DNA of 64,000 bases from the NCBI RefSeq assembly GCF_054482595.1, contig NZ_CM137008.1. One strand, written 5' to 3'. Every line of letters starts with the position of its first letter. The stretch's first letter is position 1. The position numbers were made by a program, and so were the translations under genes. The notes under the pieces are model-generated. The model had not been told where the DNA came from, searched no databases, and saw only the letters and a list, made by a program, of their open reading frames with translations. Below, piece after piece: positions 34,191 through 44,952 of this stretch.

Positions 34191-37100
34191 TTAGAACGTT
34201 TTCTTAAAGTTCAGCATCACGCCTTTGTCGCTGATGCCGTCCTCTTTCCAGTGATACGCATCCAGATTCAGCGAACTTTCTTTGCTACTGTACTTCACGC
34301 CGACGCTCGCCAGGCTGTTGATACCGCCGCCCTTCTGACCGTCATCGACGTTAAAGTGCTGGCTGCCTGCCCCTGCAAGGCTTGCCGTGCGCTGGCTCTT
34401 GCTGTAGCTCAGGTTCGGCCCGCCTTCCAGCGTCGCATTCGCGCTCCAGCCGCCTTTCCCTGCGTAGTCCAGTTTCAGCCCGACGATGCTGTCCACCGCC
34501 GTTTCGCTGCCACTGTTCATATTCAGGTTAAAGTCTCCGGCATTGCGCTCCTGATAGCCACCTTCCAGTGTGTGACGCAGTTTTACACCCGCATATGGCG
34601 TAACCTTCAGTCCTTCGCTCGGTTCGAAAGTCTTCGCCACTTCGCTGCGGAACTCCAGGTACTGCTGCTTCACGTCGGTATCAGCCGTTTTGTTTGTGTT
34701 GCTAAATGCAATCGAACGGCTACTGTCAAGGTTGTGAACGTCATAACGCAATGCGTTATTCCAGTTCATGCCGTTGTCGAAGGACATCTGGTGCTTCAGG
34801 CCAAAGAACTGGCTATAACCACCTGTGACGCCATTATCACCCGCTTTCTGCGCACCATCACCATCGAGACGAGCGATACCGTACTCCAGACTCATCGTCT
34901 GGCTTTCGCTCAGGTCGATGGTTTTACGCAATGCCAGCATGTCGTATTCGGTATTATTACCTAACTCGGCACGTGGATCGCCTTTCGCAACAACGTTGAA
35001 CGCCAGACCGTTACCCACCTTCGGCGCGGCATCCGCCAGCATGCTGAAGCGGTTGCTTAACACACGCGCTTCACGGAATACCGTGGTCGCCTGGCTACCG
35101 CTCACCTGCTTCAGGGCGCTATTCAGTTCAGCAGTGGTGCCCACGTTCAGGCTGGTATACAGCTCGTTATTGGTGTAACCCGCATCCAGTGCCTTCGCCA
35201 CATCGTTCACCGAAGCATCGGTCGCCACATCGGTGTAGGCGTTTTTGCTCATGATGACGTCAACGTTGCCGCTGGCATCGGTGCTGCCTTTGGCGGTCCA
35301 TACCACGGACGTTGAGGTGATGGCATCGGCGTCGGTCAGGTTGATGCCTTCCACCACGTTGTCGAAACTGACCGTGGTGTCTGCCGTACCGGCGGCGAAA
35401 CCGGTGTTGATCCCGACACCATTCATGCTGGCGTTGTTAACCTTCAGTTTACCGGCGCTGCCGTCAACGTTGGTACCGACGATATAGCCGTTGAGGTTGT
35501 TACTGCTGCCATCGCTACTACCGCTATCAGTCGTTTCACTGAAAGGTGAAGTGGTGTAAGTGTTTGGCATGTCCGGCAACGTGTAGTCGGTGTAATGCAC
35601 TTCGGTATTGTTACCGCTGTTGCCGTTCACCCCTTCCACATTCACGCTGTCGCCCTGCTTAATCAACCCCGAACCAGTCACGCCGTCGGCAATCACCACC
35701 GTACCGTTGTTAACGATATGACCTTCTGTGCCCAGTACGCTGAACGCAAACGAGTCGTTAGCAAAAATATTGATCGTGCCGTTGTTCTCAATTACCGCAT
35801 CGGCGGTGGCATTGGCATCCAGTTGCATACCAGTCAATCCGGTATCGGTGGTGCCTTCGGTGCCGAGATTGATAACGCCGTTGTTAACCAGTTGTGCGTT
35901 TTTATCACCTTCCATCGCCACGGCATTGTTGCCGCTGATGTTCATCACGCCATCGTTGAGGGCAACATAGTTGTTGTGGGTGAATTTAACTGCGCTGGCG
36001 TTGTCTTTATCGAAGTTAATCACCCCGCCATCCTGGTTCCACAGGAAGGCATCGCTTTCTGTCGCACCAGCGGTACTTACCGCCACAGTGACTTTCGCAT
36101 CCACCACGCCCTTGTTAATAAACTGGCTGGCGCCGTCGTCATAGTGAATAGCGCCCGCGCCAAGTGCGGCATCCAGCGTCATTTCACCGGTGTTATATAA
36201 CGTGGCGTTAGCATTGCTTCCCTGGAAGCGAATGGCGTTTTTACTGTTATCAAGGATGAGCTTGCCGCTGTTGTTGAACGTTGATTGGTCGTCAATATCC
36301 AGCGTCCCGGCATTGTTATTTTCATCCTGATAACCCATTTTCCAGGTCCCCGCGTTATTCACCACCGCAGAGTTATAGAGAATGGCACCTTTACGCGCCT
36401 CGCCGCCTGCAAGGTTATTGAATACAGCATCGCCCTGGGCGTTAACGCGCGCCGACGCGATACCGCTGTTATTCACCGTGCCATCGTTAAGCTGTAAGGT
36501 TGACAGTGAACCGGTATTATTAATTACCGCGTTGCTGTTTTTCTCAATTTTTACGACGTCATTAAGCGTTCCGTTGTTATTGAAGGTTCCTCCTTCCAGA
36601 GTCACCGTGTTCAATACACCTTCATTGGTTAACGCACCGCCTTCATTCACGACGATGGCTGAGCTAATGGTTCCGCTCGACTCGTTAACCAGCGCACCAT
36701 TTTCGAGTATCCTGATCGTTCCATTTTTAACAGCACCCGCACTGGTGACATCCCCGTTGATAATCGCACCTGACGATAATAATACGGTCTCACCCGCAGA
36801 ACTTAATACATCGCCATCATCATATAAATCGGCAATATAATTATCCGTTGGATTATATTCATCGGCCCCCTGGCAAACGCCAAAGGTACAAATTGTGCCA
36901 TAGTTGATAATAAGCCCAGTGCCATCGTTATAGAATGCCTGACCATTTTCCGCGTTAATGTTGATTACGCCTGTCTGGTCATTAATGGCGGTGCCTTCGT
37001 GATAAACCGCCATGCCGACGAGTTTATTCACACCGAGAGAATCGTTGTAATTTTCATTTTTCTCCAGGTTGATGGTTCCCTGGTTAATGACCGTATTAGT

Positions 37101-40085
37101 ATTCCCATACGCCGCCATCCCCGCACCGGCGTTGTAGACAGTAATCACACCATTCTCGTGGTTGGTTGCCGTGGCTTTAGTTAATGCCCCATTATAGGCA
37201 TCGGTACCTGAAGCCATTCCCACACCGAAATCTTTCGCCGTGCTATTTGCAACATTATTACGCAGCGATGTTTCATCATTTTCATCGACCCACAGCGTAT
37301 CCAGGGTGATTTGCCCTTCGTTATCCGCGGTTGATTTATCGATAGCCAACATCCCCACGCTGCCACGACCATACATCTCAATAATACCCGTTTCGCCGTT
37401 CAGAATGGATGACGAGTAGCTGGCAAGCATACCTGTCAGCCCTAATGCCTTGTTATTGAAAGAGGTACCATCAGACAAGTTCCACTCTGCCGGATAATTC
37501 AGCACACTGTGCTGATTCATCATTTTGGTGGTCATGGTACCATTGTTAACGCCAATCCCACCGTATTCAACGTCAAAGACTTTTGGTGCCGGGTCGGTAC
37601 CAAAATCGTACATCGCCAGGCCAATGGATCCGTTATTGATTACCGTTGAATCTTTATTCCAGGCAGCCGCAAAACCGATATTTTTCAGTTCCACTTCACC
37701 GTTGTTTGTCGCCTTCGCACCAGAATCAATACTAATGGTGGATAACGCTACACGATAATAATAAGTGAAAGAATCCACATCACTCATATCAAACGTTGCG
37801 TCAGCGCCAATCTCCAGCTCCGCGCCATGGCTCAACTGAATGAGATTTTCGAACCCCAGCGGGAACTCGCCGCTGATGGTTGACTCACCATTCAGGTAGA
37901 CCGAGGAATGCCCATCAACGTTAATAAGCGGTGTGTCTCCGATACCACGACGAGATGCGGCAGGTTTTGAGCCATCATCCATGACATTTTTTTCACCGAC
38001 AAAATGAACACCGCCATTAAGCGTAAAGGTATTGTCATCGCCAGCAATAACAATACCCGCAATGTGTTCCTGAGCACCGTCGTAACTCGCATAGGAACGC
38101 GACGTGGTTTCACTATCAGCAACAACGGTTAACTGACCATCCAGCGTGACGTCGTTGTTGTCACCGCTGATATTTACCCCGGTTGAGGGATTAAAGAAGT
38201 AAGGCTGCGCATTATCAGCTTTCTGATCTTTATCAACCAGAATACTGCCCGCTATTTCGATAGTATTACCATCACCCGAAACATTAACACCTGTCGCTTC
38301 TTGCCCTGTCACATTCAGCCCATAAGTCGACAGCGTCATGTTGTTATTATCACCAGAGACATCAAGACCGGTGGAGAAATCCCCAACGTCTAACCCGCCC
38401 GCAAGTGAAATATTGGCTTTATCGCCTGCAACGCTGATACCGGTTCCGGCGTTGGTCGCGGTAATATCACCAACGTTAACAAATGTCGCATTATTACCGT
38501 CGATCTGAATGCCGATTGCATTTTCACCTGTAGCGGCCTGACCAACATTGAGGTCACCCATGTTGATCACGCTGACACCATCACCATCAAGCAGCATGCC
38601 GATAGAGTTTTCCTCGACGACCGTAATATTACCTTTGTTGCTGACGAACGTGTTGTTGCCGACAACGTCAATACCGTGCGCACCGCCGCTAACGTATAAG
38701 TCGCCTTCCTGTTTGATGATGGCATCGTCACCGACAACTTTCGAGCCAGTGGAATTCGCACCGTCAACGGTCATAGTACCTTTATTATCAACCCGCGCAT
38801 TATCGCCATTGATAAGGCTACCCGTACCGCCATTGGTGATGGTCGAGTCGCCCGCAGTGTTTAGCTTGGTATTATCGCCATTGATGATTACCGCGGTACC
38901 GCCATCAACTTCCGTCTCGCCATTATTGTTAATGGTGATATTGTCGCCGGTGAGTATACCGACAACCGAGCCTTCTCCGATGGCCGTCGTTTTGCCGTCG
39001 TTGTTGAGGGTGATGTTGTCACCATCAACCGTCATGACAGTACCGCCATTCAGCGCCGTGTTGCCGCCCTGATCGGTGATGATCGCGTTACCAAACTCAA
39101 TCGCATTCCCGGTTGTGCCGTCAACAACGACGCCGGCCTCTTTAGTGATGTGGATGAGTCCATCATCGTCGTAACTCCAGGTGATGCCACCTGAGGTATT
39201 TACGCCATCAAAGACAACGGTGTTGCTGTCGTCATGGACTGTCCAGGACTTAACTATCGTCTCCTTGCCCTCAGGCGCCGTTAAGGTGTAGCTCCCATCG
39301 GCATTTTGGCTGTAGGTAAAGGTGGTTTCGCGAATTTTGACGGTTTTCGCGTCCTGATCCCAGGTTACGTCATTTTTATAGACGACAGGATCGTGTTTAA
39401 CCGGGGTATCGCCACCATCGTCTGGCGGAACAGGCGTATCACCGCCGTCGTCTGGAACTGGCGTATCACCGCCATCATCTGGTGGAACCGGCGTATCACC
39501 GCCGTCATCTGGTGGAACCGGCATATCACCGCCGTCATCTGGCGGAACTGGCGTATCACCGCCGTCATCTGGCGGAACTGGCGTATCACCGCCGTCATCT
39601 GGCGGAACCGGCGTATCATCGCCGTCATCTGGCGGAACTGGCGTATCACCGCCGTCATCTGGCGGAACTGGCGTATCACCGCCGTCATCTGGCGGAACCG
39701 GCGTATCACCGCCGTCATCTGGCGGAACCGGCGTATCACCGCCGTCGTCTGGCGGAACAGGCGTATCACCGCCATCATCCGGAACTGGGGAGTTATTATG
39801 GTGGTGATTGTCATCGTCACTTAAGGTATATATAGCAATTCCCGTAGCTACTGCAGCAAGACCTGCAGCTGCCCATGGTAAAACTGCACTATCTTTATTT
39901 TCTCTGCACTCCGCGGATAAATTTTCTAGCTGCTCTTTGCTCAGGGAATGAATATTTGCCGGACATGTTATCTTACTGGACTTACGTGTTTTTTCGGTTG
40001 AGTCGGGTATTGAAGTATCCGCAGCCCATGTCTGGCTACTTAACGCCATGGCAACACAAACAGACAATAATTTTTTCCTTTGCAT
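34191..40085 (-). CDS. ydbA: Giant autotransporter (type Va) YdbA, uninterrupted: signal peptide, Pro/Asp/Gly-rich decapeptide repeat stalk, beta-helical passenger, C-terminal beta-barrel ending in Phe
   Basis: Track ORF 34191..40124 trimmed to MQRKKLLSVCVAMALSSQTWA (SD AAGGA 8 nt upstream); passenger full of GxNxT/GDNxxV beta-helix repeats; terminal ...VMLNFKKTF. Confidence 0.85.
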   Translation of the reverse strand: MQRKKLLSVCVAMALSSQTWAADTSIPDSTEKTRKSSKITCPANIHSLSKEQLENLSAECRENKDSAVLPWAAAGLAAVATGIAIYTLSDDDNHHHNNSPVPDDGGDTPVPPDDGGDTPVPPDDGGDTPVPPDDGGDTPVPPDDGGDTPVPPDDGDDTPVPPDDGGDTPVPPDDGGDTPVPPDDGGDMPVPPDDGGDTPVPPDDGGDTPVPDDGGDTPVPPDDGGDTPVKHDPVVYKNDVTWDQDAKTVKIRETTFTYSQNADGSYTLTAPEGKETIVKSWTVHDDSNTVVFDGVNTSGGITWSYDDDGLIHITKEAGVVVDGTTGNAIEFGNAIITDQGGNTALNGGTVMTVDGDNITLNNDGKTTAIGEGSVVGILTGDNITINNNGETEVDGGTAVIINGDNTKLNTAGDSTITNGGTGSLINGDNARVDNKGTMTVDGANSTGSKVVGDDAIIKQEGDLYVSGGAHGIDVVGNNTFVSNKGNITVVEENSIGMLLDGDGVSVINMGDLNVGQAATGENAIGIQIDGNNATFVNVGDITATNAGTGISVAGDKANISLAGGLDVGDFSTGLDVSGDNNNMTLSTYGLNVTGQEATGVNVSGDGNTIEIAGSILVDKDQKADNAQPYFFNPSTGVNISGDNNDVTLDGQLTVVADSETTSRSYASYDGAQEHIAGIVIAGDDNTFTLNGGVHFVGEKNVMDDGSKPAASRRGIGDTPLINVDGHSSVYLNGESTISGEFPLGFENLIQLSHGAELEIGADATFDMSDVDSFTYYYRVALSTISIDSGAKATNNGEVELKNIGFAAAWNKDSTVINNGSIGLAMYDFGTDPAPKVFDVEYGGIGVNNGTMTTKMMNQHSVLNYPAEWNLSDGTSFNNKALGLTGMLASYSSSILNGETGIIEMYGRGSVGMLAIDKSTADNEGQITLDTLWVDENDETSLRNNVANSTAKDFGVGMASGTDAYNGALTKATATNHENGVITVYNAGAGMAAYGNTNTVINQGTINLEKNENYNDSLGVNKLVGMAVYHEGTAINDQTGVININAENGQAFYNDGTGLIINYGTICTFGVCQGADEYNPTDNYIADLYDDGDVLSSAGETVLLSSGAIINGDVTSAGAVKNGTIRILENGALVNESSGTISSAIVVNEGGALTNEGVLNTVTLEGGTFNNNGTLNDVVKIEKNSNAVINNTGSLSTLQLNDGTVNNSGIASARVNAQGDAVFNNLAGGEARKGAILYNSAVVNNAGTWKMGYQDENNNAGTLDIDDQSTFNNSGKLILDNSKNAIRFQGSNANATLYNTGEMTLDAALGAGAIHYDDGASQFINKGVVDAKVTVAVSTAGATESDAFLWNQDGGVINFDKDNASAVKFTHNNYVALNDGVMNISGNNAVAMEGDKNAQLVNNGVINLGTEGTTDTGLTGMQLDANATADAVIENNGTINIFANDSFAFSVLGTEGHIVNNGTVVIADGVTGSGLIKQGDSVNVEGVNGNSGNNTEVHYTDYTLPDMPNTYTTSPFSETTDSGSSDGSSNNLNGYIVGTNVDGSAGKLKVNNASMNGVGINTGFAAGTADTTVSFDNVVEGINLTDADAITSTSVVWTAKGSTDASGNVDVIMSKNAYTDVATDASVNDVAKALDAGYTNNELYTSLNVGTTAELNSALKQVSGSQATTVFREARVLSNRFSMLADAAPKVGNGLAFNVVAKGDPRAELGNNTEYDMLALRKTIDLSESQTMSLEYGIARLDGDGAQKAGDNGVTGGYSQFFGLKHQMSFDNGMNWNNALRYDVHNLDSSRSIAFSNTNKTADTDVKQQYLEFRSEVAKTFEPSEGLKVTPYAGVKLRHTLEGGYQERNAGDFNLNMNSGSETAVDSIVGLKLDYAGKGGWSANATLEGGPNLSYSKSQRTASLAGAGSQHFNVDDGQKGGGINSLASVGVKYSSKESSLNLDAYHWKEDGISDKGVMLNFKKTF
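39401..39790. repeat. Tandem array of about 13 units of a 30-bp repeat (one 27-bp unit) inside ydbA, encoding PPDDGGDTPV
   Basis: ggcggaacYggcgtatcaccgccgtcatct repeated head-to-tail in exact 30-nt register from 39481 to 39780 with degenerate flanking units. Confidence 0.9.
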
Positions 40086-40492
40086 ATAAAATTCCTTAGA
40101 TCTAGACCGTGCGTAACAAGCCATGCAGAATTTGAAGATAAATCGTAGTAAATATTCATAGTGAAATAAGCAATAAAGAAATGCTTATATAATTCACAAA
40201 ATCAATATTAAAATCAGGCAAGTAAAAGCATACAAAAAAACAGTTGATGGAATTATATTCCACAAAAAACTCACTTCAATCTAAAAATTAACGACAAAAA
40301 ACAAAAACACACTAATAATTCATTGACGCTGCATATATATTTTGTGATTACATATATATTGGTAATGATTTGTTATTTAAGGGAAGGATATATAAGGTTT
40401 TTGTAGAAATACCCACGGTAATTAAGCATGCTAACGTCAGTTTAAATACTGTAAAAGATCATTAATAGATACATTTTGTAGCCAACTATAAT

Positions 40493-40819
40493 TTATTTGC
40501 GCAACCATTTACCATTAACTCCCTGAACATATTGCCCCGACTTCGCGCGAGCAACAAGCTTTTGTCCAGCCAGTTTGGCTATCTCTTTAGTGGATACATT
40601 ATTTTGCTTTGCCAGTTGTTGGTAACTATGGTTACGAGCTTCATTAATATCTTTTACTAATGCCTGTGTTTCGGCATCCGTTTGTAGCGCCACCAGGTAA
40701 CCGTTAAGCGTTTCACCTACCCGCCCCTGACTTCTGGCTTCGTTCAGGGTTAAAGCCATTGCACTGTCGCTCATCAGGCCAATGGCCCATACAGCTATGA
40801 GTAATGTTCTTTTCATCAT
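40493..40819 (-). CDS. ydbL: DUF1318-family periplasmic protein YdbL
   Basis: Track ORF trimmed to MMKRTLLIAVWAIGLMSDSAMA... (108 aa). Confidence 0.8.
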   Translation of the reverse strand: MMKRTLLIAVWAIGLMSDSAMALTLNEARSQGRVGETLNGYLVALQTDAETQALVKDINEARNHSYQQLAKQNNVSTKEIAKLAGQKLVARAKSGQYVQGVNGKWLRK

Positions 40820-40823
40820 CACC

Positions 40824-41009
40824 TCAAAATAGATCGCTACGGGTTTTGAGCAGGTCTTCAACGTCCTTATCCGCTTTAATGATGATTTCATGCTCAATTT
40901 TAACGTTCATATTAATGGTGATTGGCTCTTTCGGCGCAGCTACTTCAATGCGAGGCGTGCAACCAACCAACATAAAAGAGGACGCAAACGCGGCTATCAC
41001 TATTTTCAT
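40824..41009 (-). CDS. ynbE: Lipoprotein YnbE
   Basis: 61-aa ORF MKIVIAAFASSFMLVGCTP... with lipobox; 4-nt overlap with ydbH stop. Confidence 0.8.
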   Translation of the reverse strand: MKIVIAAFASSFMLVGCTPRIEVAAPKEPITINMNVKIEHEIIIKADKDVEDLLKTRSDLF

Positions 41010-43645
41010 TGTTTTTCCTCACACTCTTTTCCTGATGGGCAGCCAGTTTCCGGTAGCTGGGCATTCTGCTCCAGCCATAACTGGAGATTATCGCCAAAGC
41101 GTAAACTGCGCCATAACGTAAAAATATTCTCTTCATGGTGATAATTAAGGTTTACCGTACCGCTTTTACCATCGACGCGACTGGTGCCCGAAATGTTGGC
41201 CTGCATGGTTAACACACCGAGATTATCTAAATTAATCCTTGTTGATGAGCGACTGATTTCCATATAACGCAACCAGTTGATGGCAGTTCCAGCGGTCATA
41301 TTGTCTTTGGCCACCGCATCTGCAGTGTCTTTATCCAGCCGCAAGGTCATTGGCCCGCTATTTGCCAGCCAACCATCTTTCACTATCCATTTTTCATTGT
41401 TCAGCCATAGTGGCAAGGCCCCACTGAATGCCCCGGACATGGCAAATTGTTTCGGATTGACGGCGCTAACCAGTTCGCTGGATGAGAGATTATTCAGCCG
41501 CAACAGCGCCGGGTCATGTTGCGGCATACGTAATTGTTTCATCAGCACGTTACCGCCTAACACATCGACGCTAACATCAGTCAACAGCAATGGTTCTTCT
41601 TCAGTCCACGGATAACGCCCTTGCAAATCAGCCGTAATATTTTTCGCTGTCACCAGATTAATCACTTCGGCAATTCGCAACGTAACGGGGCCGCGAGTCC
41701 CAAGATGCCAGGCTCCATCGGCAAAACGGAAAGGCAGGACAAAATCGACACCGTTAACCTGATTATCTGGCATCCAGGCACTACCGCCTTTCAACACGCC
41801 GTGCCCTCCCGCGCGGAATCCTTGTTCAGGCGCAGCAGAAAATGCAACCTGAGCATACAGTTCACCATCGCGTAAGTTCATCTTCCAGTCGGGTGGCACC
41901 AGCGGCTGGAATACAGTCAGTGATTGTTTAGGCCACCAGGCGTTACCGCGCAGACGAATACCGTCCCAGCGACCATTTACCCGAACCGGGCCAATCTCAC
42001 CAGCATGTAAATCGCCTTTAAAGAGGAAATACGTCGGATCGCGCCCATCGACGCTAAACTTTAAGGTTGATGGCGGTAACACACTGCCGCCAGTGAACAG
42101 CGTTTGCCCGGCGTCCAGTGACAGCGCGCCGCTGAAGGAGAGATGCTGTGCGTCACGTACCCAGACGACGGGCTTGTCGAGAATTAGTCGCGGCTTTTCT
42201 ACCGTCATCGTACCGTATTGTAACTGGTCGAAACCGGTGGAGAGGTCGGTCAGCGTAATCGTGCTGTCATGCCACTCACCTTTTCCTGCGACATCCCAGG
42301 TGGCATTCATCGGTGTAAAACTGCCTTTTCCCCAGTAGCGCCACTGCCAGCGGCCAGCGTCAGGGAGAAAATCATTCGCCAGCCCATCCATATGCAGCAC
42401 GAAATCGCCCAGTTCATTTTCATGCGCCTGCAAAATGGCCTGCAAACGTCCGTCAACACCACGTTGGGTGACTTTTACACCCGCTAAAGGCCAGCGGATT
42501 TCATCGATGTCCAGCGAATCGATGACTCTTCCCTTTGAACGAAGTAACGCGCCTGGCTCAAAGGTCAGCGTTGGGTCAGACAGACTTCCACTTACCTGCG
42601 CAGGTAAACGGGCATATAAAATGAGGTCCGCCTGTTTCGCTTCACCGGTCAGTTGCATAGGCAGCTGGCTGTTATCCATGCTTAATTTTCCTGGGCCAAA
42701 ATTTAGCACCGCGTTGCCCTTACCCGCTTGCCCCTGGGTCAGCACACTCAGTCGTCCGCTGACCAGAGCGTTCTCAAGCCCTGCCTGCCAGTTGTCGACT
42801 TTGACACCCAGTCGGCCACTCAAAGGAAAACCTGCATACGGCCAGCTCCAGCGACCATCGCTTACGGTCAATTGTTGACGCGTAATTTGCCACGGCAAAT
42901 CGAGCAACGGATCGCCGTTATCCCGTGCCAGCACAATCAATTGCCCGCTATTCTCCTGCCAGTCCAGCTCGGCATCTACCAGTGACGGTTCCTGCGGCAA
43001 GTTTAACGTCGCAGTAGCATGACCACTTACAGGAAGTCCATCCGGCACGAGCGGCATAGTAAATTCCCCCACCAGTTTAACCGGCGGCTGATTTTCAAAC
43101 GCGACGACATCCAGTTCGCTGACTGTAAGTTGTTGCCCTTTCAGCTGGCCTTGAAATTTAACTTTTTCGCCCTGATAACGCAGTTGCTGGATATCGGAGG
43201 TTAATGCGAGAGAGAGTTTTCCCTGCCATTCCTGCCAGGGAGAAAAAATCAGTTTATCGATATTGATCCAGGTGTTAGGCAGCATGGACTGCCATTGCGC
43301 GAGGGTTTTTGGAGCAGCTGGCGATTGCTCCGTCTGCGGCAATTTCGCCAGACAAGCAGAATCAAGTTCTACCGTGCCGACGTTCAATAACCAGCGGCTG
43401 GGATGTGAAAGGCTGGCGTTGGTGATATGCGCAAGCTGACAATCTCCCACCAGATAACGGAGATCGGGAATGATTAAACCTTTACGCGTAATGCGTGGGC
43501 TTTCATCTAATGCAATACGTGTCCCGAGCGGTAGCCAGATGCCCGCCAGCGTGGGAACCCACAGCCCGAGCGTCATCAGCAGCGTCAACGGCACAAGAAT
43601 AATCAGTAATAACAGCGCGAGAACGGCTTTATATTTACCCAGCAT
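41006..43645 (-). CDS. ydbH: AsmA-like large envelope protein YdbH
   Basis: 879-aa ORF with N-terminal membrane anchor MLGKYKAVLALLLLIILVPLTLLM... Confidence 0.9.
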   Translation of the reverse strand: MLGKYKAVLALLLLIILVPLTLLMTLGLWVPTLAGIWLPLGTRIALDESPRITRKGLIIPDLRYLVGDCQLAHITNASLSHPSRWLLNVGTVELDSACLAKLPQTEQSPAAPKTLAQWQSMLPNTWINIDKLIFSPWQEWQGKLSLALTSDIQQLRYQGEKVKFQGQLKGQQLTVSELDVVAFENQPPVKLVGEFTMPLVPDGLPVSGHATATLNLPQEPSLVDAELDWQENSGQLIVLARDNGDPLLDLPWQITRQQLTVSDGRWSWPYAGFPLSGRLGVKVDNWQAGLENALVSGRLSVLTQGQAGKGNAVLNFGPGKLSMDNSQLPMQLTGEAKQADLILYARLPAQVSGSLSDPTLTFEPGALLRSKGRVIDSLDIDEIRWPLAGVKVTQRGVDGRLQAILQAHENELGDFVLHMDGLANDFLPDAGRWQWRYWGKGSFTPMNATWDVAGKGEWHDSTITLTDLSTGFDQLQYGTMTVEKPRLILDKPVVWVRDAQHLSFSGALSLDAGQTLFTGGSVLPPSTLKFSVDGRDPTYFLFKGDLHAGEIGPVRVNGRWDGIRLRGNAWWPKQSLTVFQPLVPPDWKMNLRDGELYAQVAFSAAPEQGFRAGGHGVLKGGSAWMPDNQVNGVDFVLPFRFADGAWHLGTRGPVTLRIAEVINLVTAKNITADLQGRYPWTEEEPLLLTDVSVDVLGGNVLMKQLRMPQHDPALLRLNNLSSSELVSAVNPKQFAMSGAFSGALPLWLNNEKWIVKDGWLANSGPMTLRLDKDTADAVAKDNMTAGTAINWLRYMEISRSSTRINLDNLGVLTMQANISGTSRVDGKSGTVNLNYHHEENIFTLWRSLRFGDNLQLWLEQNAQLPETGCPSGKECEEKQ

Positions 43646-43852
43646 GGGTAGTTAATATCCTGATTTAGCGAAAAATTAAGCATTCAATACGGGTATTGTG
43701 GCATGTTTAACCGTTCAGTTGAAGGTTGCGCCTACACTAAGCATAGTTGTTGATGAATTTTTCAATATCGCCATAGCTTTCAATTATATTTGAAATTTTG
43801 TAAAATATTTTTAGTAGCTTAAATGTGATTCAACATCACTGGAGAAAGTCTT

Positions 43853-44842
43853 ATGAAACTCGCCGTTTATAGCACAAAACAGTACGACAAGAAGTACCTG
43901 CAACAGGTGAACGAGTCCTTTGGCTTTGAGCTGGAATTTTTTGACTTTCTGCTGACGGAAAAAACCGCTAAAACCGCCAATGGATGCGAAGCGGTATGTA
44001 TTTTCGTAAACGATGACGGAAGCCGCCCGGTGCTGGAAGAGCTGAAAAAGCACGGCGTTAAATATATCGCCCTGCGCTGTGCCGGTTTCAATAACGTCGA
44101 CCTTGACGCGGCAAAAGAACTGGGGCTGAAAGTAGTTCGTGTTCCAGCCTATGATCCAGAAGCCGTTGCTGAACACGCCATCGGTATGATGATGACGCTG
44201 AACCGCCGTATTCACCGCGCGTATCAGCGTACCCGTGACGCTAACTTCTCTCTGGAAGGTCTGACCGGCTTTACTATGTATGGCAAAACGGCAGGCGTTA
44301 TCGGTACCGGTAAAATCGGTGTGGCGATGCTGCGCATTCTGAAAGGTTTTGGTATGCGTCTGCTGGCGTTCGATCCGTATCCAAGTGCAGCGGCGCTGGA
44401 ACTCGGTGTGGAGTATGTCGATCTGCCAACCCTGTTCTCTGAATCAGACGTTATCTCTCTGCACTGCCCGCTGACACCGGAAAACTACCATCTGTTGAAC
44501 GAAGCCGCCTTTGATCAGATGAAAAATGGCGTGATGATCGTCAATACCAGTCGCGGTGCATTGATTGATTCTCAGGCGGCAATTGAAGCGCTGAAAAATC
44601 AGAAAATTGGTTCGTTGGGTATGGACGTCTATGAGAACGAACGCGATCTGTTCTTTGAAGATAAATCCAACGACGTGATCCAGGATGACGTATTCCGTCG
44701 CCTGTCTGCATGCCACAACGTGCTGTTTACCGGGCACCAGGCATTCCTGACAGCAGAAGCTCTGACCAGTATTTCTCAGACTACGCTGCAAAACTTAAGC
44801 AATCTGGAAAAAGGCGAAACCTGCCCGAACGAACTGGTTTAA
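43853..44842 (+). CDS. ldhA: Fermentative D-lactate dehydrogenase (NAD-dependent)
   Basis: 329-aa ORF MKLAVYSTKQYDKKYLQQVNE..., NAD-binding GVIGTGKIG. Confidence 0.95.
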   Translation: MKLAVYSTKQYDKKYLQQVNESFGFELEFFDFLLTEKTAKTANGCEAVCIFVNDDGSRPVLEELKKHGVKYIALRCAGFNNVDLDAAKELGLKVVRVPAYDPEAVAEHAIGMMMTLNRRIHRAYQRTRDANFSLEGLTGFTMYGKTAGVIGTGKIGVAMLRILKGFGMRLLAFDPYPSAAALELGVEYVDLPTLFSESDVISLHCPLTPENYHLLNEAAFDQMKNGVMIVNTSRGALIDSQAAIEALKNQKIGSLGMDVYENERDLFFEDKSNDVIQDDVFRRLSACHNVLFTGHQAFLTAEALTSISQTTLQNLSNLEKGETCPNELV

Positions 44843-44952
44843 TCTTGCCGCTCCCCTGCAATCCAGGGGAGCTGATTCAGATAATCCCCAATGACCTTTC
44901 ATCCTCTATTCTTAAAATAGTCCTGAGTCAGAAACTGTAATTGAGAACCACA

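Noticed and set aside
39306-39835. Three overlapping track ORFs (plus and minus strands) and a possible CRISPR-like array
   Set aside because: All arise from the 30-bp tandem repeat inside ydbA; the units are contiguous with no spacers, in frame with ydbA, and there are no cas genes
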